DNA of 64,000 nucleotides from an uncultured virus (IMG/VR IMGVR_UViG_3300018411_000016) (Duplodnaviria; Heunggongvirae; Uroviricota; Caudoviricetes), in the IMG/VR virus record IMGVR_UViG_3300018411_000016. One strand, given 5' to 3'. The notes beneath the pieces are model-generated. The model did not search any database, was not told the origin of the DNA, and saw only the letters and a list, made by a program, of their open reading frames with translations. This document shows positions 50,724 to 59,663 of the stretch, piece by piece. The first letter of the stretch is position 1, and each line of letters begins with the position of its first letter. The translations under genes were made by a program, and so were the position numbers.

Positions 50724-51329
50724 ATGCGGTGTGAAATAAAATGGCACGTAGATATGTGGCAAGAAATTAAAGATGATGCTTTGTTTACCATACATAAAGA
50801 GAACGGGAAATATCCTACATCTAAATGGAAGTTAGATATTTTAAAAGCAGAACACAGTCCAATTAGAACTGGAAGATTAATTATTAATGTGTATGATGTG
50901 CCAAGTTTTGTTATCGGACATTTTGTTAGGCACAATCAAGGGTTTACCCCTTTTGTATCTAGTTTAAGAAATGATAGAGCAGATTATGATGAAACACCAA
51001 ATAGAAATACTCTTAATAATCTACGCTTTGATGGAAACTTTCAATCATTTATTAATATCAGTAGAAAGAGATATTGTGGACAGGCAAGCAAAGAAACTAC
51101 AGAAGTTTGGGATATGATTATGAAAGCTGTAAAAGAATTTGAGCCAGAGTTATATTATGTATGTGTTCCAGAATGTATATATAGATGCGGCTGCTCTGAA
51201 ATGAAGATGTGTAAAGAAATGAAATTTATAGAATTTCTAAGTAATATTTTGAACACAGGCTCACTTTTTAATATTACGGAAAGATATAGATTATATCACA
51301 ACCTTATGGGAAACGAGGTAAAACTTTAA
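50724..51329 (+). CDS. thyX: ThyX-like flavin-dependent thymidylate synthase
   Basis: EHSPIR, HFVRH, SSLR, RKRYC..A..E. Confidence 0.7.
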   Translation: MRCEIKWHVDMWQEIKDDALFTIHKENGKYPTSKWKLDILKAEHSPIRTGRLIINVYDVPSFVIGHFVRHNQGFTPFVSSLRNDRADYDETPNRNTLNNLRFDGNFQSFINISRKRYCGQASKETTEVWDMIMKAVKEFEPELYYVCVPECIYRCGCSEMKMCKEMKFIEFLSNILNTGSLFNITERYRLYHNLMGNEVKL

Positions 51330-51856
51330 TGAAATATGATAAACCTTTATTACTAATTGTAGGTTCTTCGGGTAGCGGAAAAACCACGTTGGTTGAAACA
51401 CTTGAACAAAAGTATGGGTTAAAGACAGTACAATCTTACACCACACGTCAACCTAGGTATGAAAATGAAACTGGTCATACTTTTATATCAGAAAACGAAT
51501 ATGATAAACTGACTAATAAGGTTGCTCACACCTTTTACAATGGTCATAGGTATTGTACTACTAAAGAGCAGCTTGACCAAGTAGATACATATGTTGTTGA
51601 TGTGAATGGTGTAATTACTTGCAAAAACAACTATCATAACAAAAAGTTAATTGTAATTGTACTTACTGTTAATCCATTTGTCAGGGCATATAGAATGTTT
51701 AAACGTGGCGATAAGATTAAAAATATAATCTCAAGGCTTGTATTTGACCACAAAGAATTTAAAAATGTTAAAGCTATCGCAGATTATACCATTAAGAATA
51801 AAAACTTAACCGATACTATGGCAGATATATTAAAGATTTGGGGTGATAGAGAGTGA
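51329..51856 (+). CDS. gmk: guanylate-kinase-like protein
   Basis: GSSGSGKT, SYTTRQPR.E..GH.F. Confidence 0.85.
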   Translation: MKYDKPLLLIVGSSGSGKTTLVETLEQKYGLKTVQSYTTRQPRYENETGHTFISENEYDKLTNKVAHTFYNGHRYCTTKEQLDQVDTYVVDVNGVITCKNNYHNKKLIVIVLTVNPFVRAYRMFKRGDKIKNIISRLVFDHKEFKNVKAIADYTIKNKNLTDTMADILKIWGDRE

Positions 51857-52296
51857 ATGAATATAAATCCATTGTTTATATAAGTCATCCATCAAAGGGC
51901 AAGCAAGAAAATACGTTCAAGGCAGAAGAATTAATTAAACAATTACACAAAGAATTTCCAGATTACTTATTTGTTAGTCCACTACACGCTTTTGGGTTTA
52001 TGTATCACGAAGTTGATTATATAGACGGTTTAGAAATGTGTTTGTGGTTACTTAGTAAATGCGATTGTATGTGGGTATTTGGTGATATTGAGGATAGTGT
52101 AGGTTGCAATGCTGAAATAGCATATTGCCAGAAAAATAAGATACCATACATAGTAATAGGTGATAAGTGTAATGGAAATGTAGTGAGTTTAGATAAGAAG
52201 TGTTTGCAGTGTTCTTTAGCTGATATGAGTGATGAGTGGTTAGAGTGTAGGAAGAATGAGTTGCAGACCATATATAATAACATAGCCATTATTTAA
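51853..52296 (+). CDS. nucleoside 2-deoxyribosyltransferase-like (DUF4406-like) protein
   Basis: VYISHP, LLSKCD, S.GC.AE. Confidence 0.7.
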   Translation: MNEYKSIVYISHPSKGKQENTFKAEELIKQLHKEFPDYLFVSPLHAFGFMYHEVDYIDGLEMCLWLLSKCDCMWVFGDIEDSVGCNAEIAYCQKNKIPYIVIGDKCNGNVVSLDKKCLQCSLADMSDEWLECRKNELQTIYNNIAII

Positions 52297-52321
52297 AGAA
52301 TTATTTGAGGAGAGTGAATTA

Positions 52322-52531
52322 ATGTTAAAGTTTTATACTTCCCATTGTCCTAAGTGTACAGCATTAGCTAGGTTAATGGATGACAAAAAGATTAAATATG
52401 AAGTGATTGACAAAGAAACAGAATACATAGCAATAGCGGAAGCCAATGATATAAGCTCTATGCCGTTTGCAAGTTTAGACGGAAAGATTATAGATTCAAA
52501 AGAACTACAAAATTACATTAAAAATAATTAA
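52322..52531 (+). CDS. nrdH: NrdH/glutaredoxin-like redoxin
   Basis: CPKC, SMP. Confidence 0.8.
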   Translation: MLKFYTSHCPKCTALARLMDDKKIKYEVIDKETEYIAIAEANDISSMPFASLDGKIIDSKELQNYIKNN

Positions 52532-52556
52532 ACGTGTGACATTATAGGAGGAACTT

Positions 52557-54461
52557 ATGTATTTTAAAACATCTTACGAACCAGAATTTGACGATTTATA
52601 TATGTATCTTAAATCGAAATATCCAGACAAACTATTTGATTTAGAGGGTATTGGAAAACAGTTGGATATGGGTAAATTTAGTAAAGAATTTTTTGAATCT
52701 GCTACAACAACAGCAGATGTTAGTGTTGATGCTAATAGTAATGTGGACGATATGACAATTGTAGCTTATGAAAACGAGTTACCAAAACCACTATCCAGAT
52801 TAAACTCAATGTACTTAATTTGGAAATATGGAAAACAAATGTTTGGACTTGAATTTGCAAATAAAATGATTGAAAAAGAACTTGTTGGAGTATATTACAT
52901 TAATGATTTATCGAATGTGCAGAAACCATATTGTTTCAATTTTAGCACTTATGACGTTATGACAAAAGGATTGCCGTTTGTCAAAAAAATAAATTCTCAG
53001 CCACCAAATCACTTATCAAGTTTTTGTGGTCAATTAGTCCATTTTACAAGTTACGCAAGCAATCAAGTTATGGGTGCAGTTGGATTAGCTGATTTATTAG
53101 TGGTGATGAGTTATTATGTACAAAAAGAATTAAACGAATATCCTTCTAATTCTGAATATATTTGGAAACAAGTAAAGCAAGAACTGCAATCTTTAATATA
53201 TTCTATGAATCAGCCATTTAGAGGTGGTTTACAGTCTGGATTTTATAATATATCAATCTATGATAATGATTTCTTGGATACTATGTGTGAAGAGTACATT
53301 TTTCCAGATGGCTCTAACCCTGAAAAAGAAATGGTTAAAAAATTACAAGATGTATTCTTAGATTTAATGAATGAAACTATGGATATAAGTCCTATTACCT
53401 TCCCTGTCACTACAGCTTGCTTTTGTATTGATGAAGAAAAGAACATTAAAGATTTAGAGTTTTTAGATTATATTGCGAAAAAGAATCAGAAGTGGGCATT
53501 TATTAATATTTACGCTGGTGAAACTAGCACATTAAGTTCATGCTGTAGACTGCGGTCAAAAAAGGATAATCAGTATTTAGGCTATACAAACTCATTTGGT
53601 GGTGCAGGAACACAGGTAGGTTCTTTTGGAGTGGTTACATTAAATTTGCCTAAGTTAGCTCTTTTATCCAAAGGTGATAAAAATATATTCTTTAATTTGC
53701 TTGAAGAAAACGCTGAATACATAATAAAAATTAACCACATTAAGAGACATATTTTAAACAAGAGAAAAAGTATTGGTGCGTTACCACTATACACTCATAA
53801 CTTTATGAGTATGGAAAAACAATATGCTACAATTGGTTTAACGGGCATTTTCGAGTGTATTCATTTCTTAGGCGAAGATATTTTGGAAGATGAAGGTCAA
53901 AGCTTGTGCCAAGAAATTTTACAGTTTTTAAACAACATCAATGATAAAGCAGATGCTAAATATAAGTATGCTCACAACTTAGAACAAACTCCATCTGAAA
54001 ATTCAGCAATTAAACTAGCTTCAAAAGATAAATTATTAAAACTTCAAAATGAATTTGACTTATACTCAAACCAGTTTATTCCGTTAATTGTTACATCTAA
54101 TGTTTTAGACCGTATTAAGCTACAGGGTATGTTCGATGGAGAATTTTCGGGCGGCAGTATCTTGCACGTAAATTGTGACACAAGAATTGGTAATTACGAA
54201 GATATTGCGGATATGATTAAGACTACTGTGAAATGTGGCTGTATCTATCATGCTATTAACTATAATTTACAAAAGTGTGAAGATGGTCATATGAGTGTAG
54301 GTAAAGGGGATATTTGTTCTGTGTGTGGCAAACCAATTACAGATAATTATATTAGAGTTGTTGGATTTATTGTAAATGTTAAGAATTTCCATGAAACTCG
54401 TAGAAAATCCGATTATGCCCATAGACAATTTTATTCTGATAAGAATATTGGTGTATTGTAA
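52557..54461 (+). CDS. nrdD: class III ribonucleotide reductase, no ATP cone
   Basis: PYCF, SSCCRL, EQTPSE, RVVGF glycyl radical loop. Confidence 0.92.
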   Translation: MYFKTSYEPEFDDLYMYLKSKYPDKLFDLEGIGKQLDMGKFSKEFFESATTTADVSVDANSNVDDMTIVAYENELPKPLSRLNSMYLIWKYGKQMFGLEFANKMIEKELVGVYYINDLSNVQKPYCFNFSTYDVMTKGLPFVKKINSQPPNHLSSFCGQLVHFTSYASNQVMGAVGLADLLVVMSYYVQKELNEYPSNSEYIWKQVKQELQSLIYSMNQPFRGGLQSGFYNISIYDNDFLDTMCEEYIFPDGSNPEKEMVKKLQDVFLDLMNETMDISPITFPVTTACFCIDEEKNIKDLEFLDYIAKKNQKWAFINIYAGETSTLSSCCRLRSKKDNQYLGYTNSFGGAGTQVGSFGVVTLNLPKLALLSKGDKNIFFNLLEENAEYIIKINHIKRHILNKRKSIGALPLYTHNFMSMEKQYATIGLTGIFECIHFLGEDILEDEGQSLCQEILQFLNNINDKADAKYKYAHNLEQTPSENSAIKLASKDKLLKLQNEFDLYSNQFIPLIVTSNVLDRIKLQGMFDGEFSGGSILHVNCDTRIGNYEDIADMIKTTVKCGCIYHAINYNLQKCEDGHMSVGKGDICSVCGKPITDNYIRVVGFIVNVKNFHETRRKSDYAHRQFYSDKNIGVL

Positions 54462-54476
54462 AATAATGGTAAGTCT

Positions 54477-54536
54477 GAAACCCTTGTAAATAGGGAACTT
54501 TATAAAGAGAAAAAGGTGGTAAAATGCGTATTTTAT
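54477..54536 (+). repeat. AAACCCTTG box plus core site GTAAAA-TGCGTA-TTTTAT overlapping the nrdG ATG
   Basis: CCC at 54481, site starts 54519 (38-bp offset). Confidence 0.75.
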
Positions 54537-54994
54537 CTACTCAATATACTCTTGCTACAAAATCTTTTGAAATATATGTTGCTGGCTGTCGAGGTGTCGA
54601 TGGTCAGCATTGTAAGAACTGCCATAACCCCGAAAGTTGGAATTTCAACCAAGGGGAAGTATTTAATGATGGATATTTCAAAGAAAAAATAGCAAGCAAG
54701 ATTATCGAGTTTAATTTATTAGTTAAGAATATTATGATTTTTGGTGGCGAACCATTAGACCAACCAATTGATGAATTAACTGATATGTTGATTAAATTAA
54801 ATGAATTAAACAAACCAATATGGCTATTCACTAGAAACAAGATAGATGAAGTTCCATATGAAGTAAAAAACTATTGTGATTATATTAAATGTGGAAGTTA
54901 TATTCCAGAATTATCTACAGACGATAATATCCAATATGGTATTAAATTAGCCACAAGCAATCAGCACATTTATAGGAAAGGAATGGATTATTAA
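54524..54994 (+). CDS. nrdG: RNR activating radical-SAM enzyme
   Basis: GC..HCKNCHNPESW, GGEPL. Confidence 0.88.
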   Translation: MRILSTQYTLATKSFEIYVAGCRGVDGQHCKNCHNPESWNFNQGEVFNDGYFKEKIASKIIEFNLLVKNIMIFGGEPLDQPIDELTDMLIKLNELNKPIWLFTRNKIDEVPYEVKNYCDYIKCGSYIPELSTDDNIQYGIKLATSNQHIYRKGMDY

Positions 54995-55179
54995 TGCAGA
55001 TTATATTAAATTATGATAAGGCAAAAGTAAAAGAAATTAAAGAAGCACTAAAGAATAATGATGGTTATTGTCCTTGTTCTATAAAGAAAAATGAAGATAC
55101 AAAGTGTATGTGCAAATCATTTAGAGAACAAACATCTGAAGGTTTATGCCATTGTGAATTATACTGTAAGGTTAGATAA
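54994..55179 (+). CDS. ferredoxin-thioredoxin reductase catalytic-subunit-like protein
   Basis: YCPC, CMC, CHCELY. Confidence 0.85.
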   Translation: MQIILNYDKAKVKEIKEALKNNDGYCPCSIKKNEDTKCMCKSFREQTSEGLCHCELYCKVR

Positions 55180-55197
55180 TAGGAGAAGGTGTTTCAC

Positions 55198-55495
55198 ATT
55201 TCAAGATACTTAAGTGAACTACCCTCGACTAAAGTCGAAGGCTTCTAGGAGCTAAGTTCACCAGATTCAGTATTTAGAAACAAATACTACGATAGAATAC
55301 TCATGACACCTATGGTTGACGCATCAGACCATTGCTCTGTCACTTATATTTAAGTAATGCTAAGGTAAGGCATGGTGATATAAGTGTAAAAAGGTATTTT
55401 ATCATTATCGAGATGAAGTCGGATTCTTATTATGGTAACAGTAATAAGATACGCATAACTTGTCATTAGACAAAGTATTTTTCGAAAGGATATTT
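55198..55495 (+). ncRNA. IscB omega-RNA (guide from 5' flank, scaffold from 55214); ends approximate
   Basis: GTGAACTACCC start typical of iscB leaders; ~290-nt structured non-coding region. Confidence 0.8.
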
Positions 55496-56775
55496 TTAAA
55501 ATGGTATATGTAATAAGCTATGAGGGAGAGCCATTAATGCCTTGTGCAAATGTAATAGCTAGACTACTGCTTAAACAAGGAAAAGCAAAAGTTAAAAGAA
55601 CAACGCCATTTACTATCAAGCTTCTATGTCAGACAACTACATATACACAAGATTTAATACTTGGAGTAGATACAGGTAGTCGTTATATAGGAAGTGCAGT
55701 TGTAAATGATAGTGGAGATATTTTGTATTTGTCACAAATAGAAATAAGAAATGATATTTCAGATAAAATGAAGCAAAGAAGTAAATATAGAAGAAATAGA
55801 CGTAACAGGAAAACAAGATATAGAAAACCAAGATGGGAAAACAGACATAATAGTATTAAAAAAGACAGATTCTCACCTACAATGACCAGTAAAATCAATA
55901 GTCATTTAAAAGAAATTAAATTTGCAAATTCTATTTTGCCAATATCAAAAATAATACTAGAGACGGCTACCTTTGATGCACATATGCTTAAAAATCCAAG
56001 TGTCTTATATAACAAATGGTTATATCAAAAAGTTATTAATTATGGATTTGCAAATACTAAGGCTTATGTTTTAACAAGAGACAATTATACTTGTCAATAT
56101 TGCAAAGGTAAATGTAAAGATAATAAGCTAGAAGTTCACCATATTATTTTTAAAAGAAATAAGGGTTCAGATGAGCAGGAAAATCTTATAACCCTATGCA
56201 AGAGTTGTCATGATAAACTTCATAAGAATGAGATTGTTTTAAAGAATATTGGTAGAGTAAAAGGACAATTAAAACATGCTACTCAAATGAATAGTATAAG
56301 AACACAATTATTAAAACAATTAGATTGCGAAGAAACTTTTGGATATATAACAAAAGAACACAGACAAATGATGCAACTACCCAAAGAACACTATATGGAT
56401 GCAATTGCAATTGCAAGTCAAGGTAAAAATGTTGTATTTAAAACAGATGAAATAGTATTTAAAAAATGTGTATCAGATGGTGATTATCAGCAAACAAAAG
56501 GAATTAGAAGTGAACAAAAAATACCCACAGGGAAAATTCAAGGATTCAGAAAATTTGATAAGGTTAACTATTTAGGCAACGACTACTTCATAAAAGGTAG
56601 AATGTCAACTGGATATGCTATTCTTATGGATATAAAAGGTGATAAAGTTCAATTGAAGCCTATTCCAAAGTTTAATAAGATGAAAAGAGTTCAATCCAGA
56701 AAAACAATAATGACAAGTACAAAACCGTTGAGATTCATCTCATGACTGAAGTCGCGAGTGTTCTCTCAACATAAA
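55214..56775 (+). mobile_element. non-autonomous IS200/IS605-superfamily IscB element
   Basis: end hairpins TCGACTAAAGTCGA (~55225) and CTCATGACTGAAGTCGCGAG (56739-56758); followed by ATAAA; right end uncertain by 5 bp. Confidence 0.82.
55501..56745 (+). CDS. iscB: RNA-guided endonuclease IscB
   Basis: PLMP N-terminus, GVDTG RuvC-I, Arg-rich bridge helix, HNH (EVHHI..NLITLC..CH), HYMDA. Confidence 0.95.
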   Translation: MVYVISYEGEPLMPCANVIARLLLKQGKAKVKRTTPFTIKLLCQTTTYTQDLILGVDTGSRYIGSAVVNDSGDILYLSQIEIRNDISDKMKQRSKYRRNRRNRKTRYRKPRWENRHNSIKKDRFSPTMTSKINSHLKEIKFANSILPISKIILETATFDAHMLKNPSVLYNKWLYQKVINYGFANTKAYVLTRDNYTCQYCKGKCKDNKLEVHHIIFKRNKGSDEQENLITLCKSCHDKLHKNEIVLKNIGRVKGQLKHATQMNSIRTQLLKQLDCEETFGYITKEHRQMMQLPKEHYMDAIAIASQGKNVVFKTDEIVFKKCVSDGDYQQTKGIRSEQKIPTGKIQGFRKFDKVNYLGNDYFIKGRMSTGYAILMDIKGDKVQLKPIPKFNKMKRVQSRKTIMTSTKPLRFIS

Positions 56776-56810
56776 ATAAATAAATTAAACAACTAAAAGG
56801 AGATAATAAT

Positions 56811-57356
56811 ATGAGAATAGAAATTAATAATATGGACTTACACGAAATTGATACAATTATTAAATTTGCAAAAGTAAAAGATAATGCAATTATTCCAAGT
56901 AAAGATGATGAAAACGCAGGCTATGATATATATGCTTGTTTTAATGAAGATTTTATTATTATAGAACCACATGAGACAAAAATGATACCTACTGGAATAG
57001 CTAGTTCTTGTTCACCAGAATATTACTTCCAACTACTTGAGAGAGGTTCAACAGGAACAAAAGGAATAGCACAGCGTTGTGGTGTAATTGACTCTGGTTA
57101 TAGAAATGAATGGTTTGTACCAATTACAAATACTACCAATAAAACACTTGTTATTTCAAAGCCGTCTGAAAAAGAAATGTTAGATGGAATAAAACTATTT
57201 CAAGAAAATTGTATAATCTATCCATATACAAAAGCTATCTGTCAGGCTGTATTATTGCCAGTACCAAGAACAATAGTTGAAGAAGTTTCATATGAAGAAT
57301 TAAAAGCTATTAAGTCAGAACGTGGTGATGGTAAGTTAGGTAGCACAGGCAAATAA
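56811..57356 (+). CDS. dut: trimeric dUTPase
   Basis: AGYDI, ERGS, GVIDSGYR, RGDG.LGSTG. Confidence 0.92.
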   Translation: MRIEINNMDLHEIDTIIKFAKVKDNAIIPSKDDENAGYDIYACFNEDFIIIEPHETKMIPTGIASSCSPEYYFQLLERGSTGTKGIAQRCGVIDSGYRNEWFVPITNTTNKTLVISKPSEKEMLDGIKLFQENCIIYPYTKAICQAVLLPVPRTIVEEVSYEELKAIKSERGDGKLGSTGK

Positions 57357-57366
57357 CCACTTAAAA

Positions 57367-57421
57367 TAAATTAAAAGAATTATACGTATTAATTGACAAT
57401 CCATCCAGAATGTGCTATTAT
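57367..57421 (+). promoter_or_regulatory. sigma-A promoter with upstream box
   Basis: TAAATTAAAAGAA 57367; TTGACA 57393; TG-N-TATTAT 57416. Confidence 0.7.
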
Positions 57422-57548
57422 AATGAAGTGGAAATAAACGGAAACATGTAGTATTATACAAATAATAATGGAAGTGATGCCGAAACACCAAATTTATATC
57501 ACAATACGCAAAGTTAATAAAAAGATAGCTTACATAGGAGGATTTTCA

Positions 57549-58055
57549 ATGAATTTAGAAAATGACCAAAAAAACACTGCTAAAATCAAGCATTTCAAGC
57601 CCTCAATTTCTAGTAAAAGTCCAGTTTTACAAGAAGTGGAGATTATCTTGGAAAATAGCGATAAATTTAGTATAATGCCACAAAACATTAAGAAACTTAC
57701 GTTTTATAATGGGGACGATGTGTATATTGGCGATAATTTATATAGCATAGTCGAAAAAGATAAAGACGATGATTATATCCCATATGAACTTAGCATGATA
57801 TTAGATAAGACCGCTAATATTCCTATAACATTAGAAGATACCGACATAGAAACAACCACGTTTAACTTATTGCGATTAAATACCATTGCTAGTATTAAAT
57901 TAAATTTCATAGATAACCAGACAAAAAATATATACATAAAGTGGTACGAAGATGAAACAAATGAATGGTCTAGTTCAGCCACCAACGAATATCAATTATT
58001 AATAACAAACAAAGATGAAACAATTATAACTGTTAACAAATTAAATAAAAACTAA
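57549..58055 (+). CDS. hypothetical protein
   Basis: AGGAGG RBS before ATG 57549. Confidence 0.7.
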   Translation: MNLENDQKNTAKIKHFKPSISSKSPVLQEVEIILENSDKFSIMPQNIKKLTFYNGDDVYIGDNLYSIVEKDKDDDYIPYELSMILDKTANIPITLEDTDIETTTFNLLRLNTIASIKLNFIDNQTKNIYIKWYEDETNEWSSSATNEYQLLITNKDETIITVNKLNKN

Positions 58056-58058
58056 AAC

Positions 58059-58093
58059 AAAGGAGAGTTTCCAATTAAGGTTGCTCTCCTTTT
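58059..58093. terminator. bidirectional terminator between convergent genes
   Basis: AAAGGAGAG...CTCTCCTTTT. Confidence 0.75.
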
Positions 58094-58100
58094 CTTATTG

Positions 58101-58862
58101 TTAAGGCTTAATATATTTACTAAACAGTTTGACCATATCTATACAATAAGCCGTTTTATAATGTTTATCTTTCCATTCTAAATACTCTGTATAACGATTC
58201 TTTGAAGCTAATTTAGATAATCCAAATCTATTTTCAATGTCCTCTGGTGAAGATATACCAAGTAATTCAAACAAGGGAAAGGGTGCTAAGAATAATGCCG
58301 TAAAACAGTCAGCTTCATGCTCAAAGAAAGTCAAATGTATTTTAGAGTCTAAACTGTTTTCTGGTAAAGTATAATTTTTATTATTCATAAATTCCACAAA
58401 TTTACAAAAACATATCTCCTTGCTTAATTCCACATTATAACTATCGTTTATTTCAGTAGCTTGTTTTAAATATTCGTTCATTATTAAGTTATTAAGTTCT
58501 GCAAAGTGACCTAAATAGCAATGACCTATCTCATGTGCTAACGTCCATCTTTGTCTTCCTACTACCATATTTGTATTATACAATATAACAAACTTGTTCT
58601 CATTTAGATTATAAAAACTACATCCTGTCTTACTATTACAGTGTCTTATTGTTGTTTCCATATCTACATTGACTACTTTCATAAAATGCTCATATGTCCA
58701 CAGCCTGTAGTTTACAAAATAGGTAATTATTTTAGGTAAATCTAACGGAAAAGCTAACAAAGATGGGTCTATCTCTTCAATATGCCGAAATAATTCTAAG
58801 ACTTGGTGTTCAATGTATTTATAACGAACATTCTTTTTATTTTTATTATTATCAGCCGCCAT
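58101..58862 (-). CDS. ImmA/IrrE-family metallopeptidase
   Basis: RQRWTLAHEIGH..LGH, EHEAD.F. Confidence 0.9.
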   Translation of the reverse strand: MAADNNKNKKNVRYKYIEHQVLELFRHIEEIDPSLLAFPLDLPKIITYFVNYRLWTYEHFMKVVNVDMETTIRHCNSKTGCSFYNLNENKFVILYNTNMVVGRQRWTLAHEIGHCYLGHFAELNNLIMNEYLKQATEINDSYNVELSKEICFCKFVEFMNNKNYTLPENSLDSKIHLTFFEHEADCFTALFLAPFPLFELLGISSPEDIENRFGLSKLASKNRYTEYLEWKDKHYKTAYCIDMVKLFSKYIKP

Positions 58863-59190
58863 CGTCATCTCCCAAATCGCTTGAGAAAGCTTTCTCAAAC
58901 ATAAGTTTATTTATTTCCATCATTTTCTTCTTGTCACCCGAATCTAATTTTTCATATGCTCTCTGTAATGAAATAATATTCAAATCTTTGTACTTATCGT
59001 TTCTACCAAGCAAACAATCAATTGTCACTTCAAAATAATCTGCAATTTTTATAGTTGTTTCAGTATTTGGCATACTTATTCCCCGTTCCCATAAACTAAT
59101 ACTTCTGTCAGATACGCCTAATTCTTTTGCTAGTTCTGGCTGACTAAGGCTTTTGTTTTTTCTTAACTCTTGAAGTTTTTTTGAGAACAC
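58852..59190 (-). CDS. XRE-family HTH repressor (ImmR-like)
   Basis: LQELRK..LSQ.ELA..LGVS..SISLWERG..P; AGGAGG RBS, GTG start. Confidence 0.92.
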   Translation of the reverse strand: MFSKKLQELRKNKSLSQPELAKELGVSDRSISLWERGISMPNTETTIKIADYFEVTIDCLLGRNDKYKDLNIISLQRAYEKLDSGDKKKMMEINKLMFEKAFSSDLGDDDGG

Positions 59191-59294
59191 AATACTCCTC
59201 CTTTCGTGTATTATTTTTATTTTTGTCATTTTTTGTGTGGCATTCTTATACAAAAAAACAAATAATATTATGTTGTTTAAAGGAAAATTATACA

Positions 59295-59381
59295 TTGACA
59301 CATAATTTTTTATGTGATACCATATATAGACAACAAAAGATATTTGTTATGCCAATTATATAACACATAATTTATTATGTC
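59295..59381 (+). promoter_or_regulatory. divergent promoter with two palindromic operators CACATAA-N4-TTATGT(G/C)
   Basis: 59299-59316 overlapping TTGACA 59295; 59364-59381. Confidence 0.7.
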
Positions 59382-59421
59382 AACACAATATTGTATACAC
59401 AACATAGGGAGGATTATCACA

Positions 59422-59586
59422 ATGACAGTATCAAGGGAATTGTTACAAACAGTGTGTATGTTAGACGGTGGAAAAGAAGAGATGTTGGAAATATTAAAAG
59501 GGATAGGAGATGTCTCTGAACTGATTGGAGATTCTGTTATAGCTGAAGAAGCAGAAGGGTTAATCGAATACATAGAAAACATTTAA
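59422..59586 (+). CDS. small acidic protein
   Basis: GGGAGG RBS. Confidence 0.6.
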   Translation: MTVSRELLQTVCMLDGGKEEMLEILKGIGDVSELIGDSVIAEEAEGLIEYIENI

Positions 59587-59663
59587 CAATATTATTTATT
59601 TCTTATCATATTTACACATTTGTATCATATATTTAAACTAAACAGATAAATAGGTGTGATTAT

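Noticed and set aside
1242..54536. Core sites as intrinsic terminators or CRISPR repeats
   Set aside because: The stems are almost purely A/T with no U-tail after the stem, lie within co-oriented gene runs, and are spaced by whole genes rather than 30-40 bp spacers.
55501..56745. Cas9/CRISPR system
   Set aside because: 414 aa with a PLMP domain and omega-RNA leader; no array or cas1/cas2, so it is IscB.
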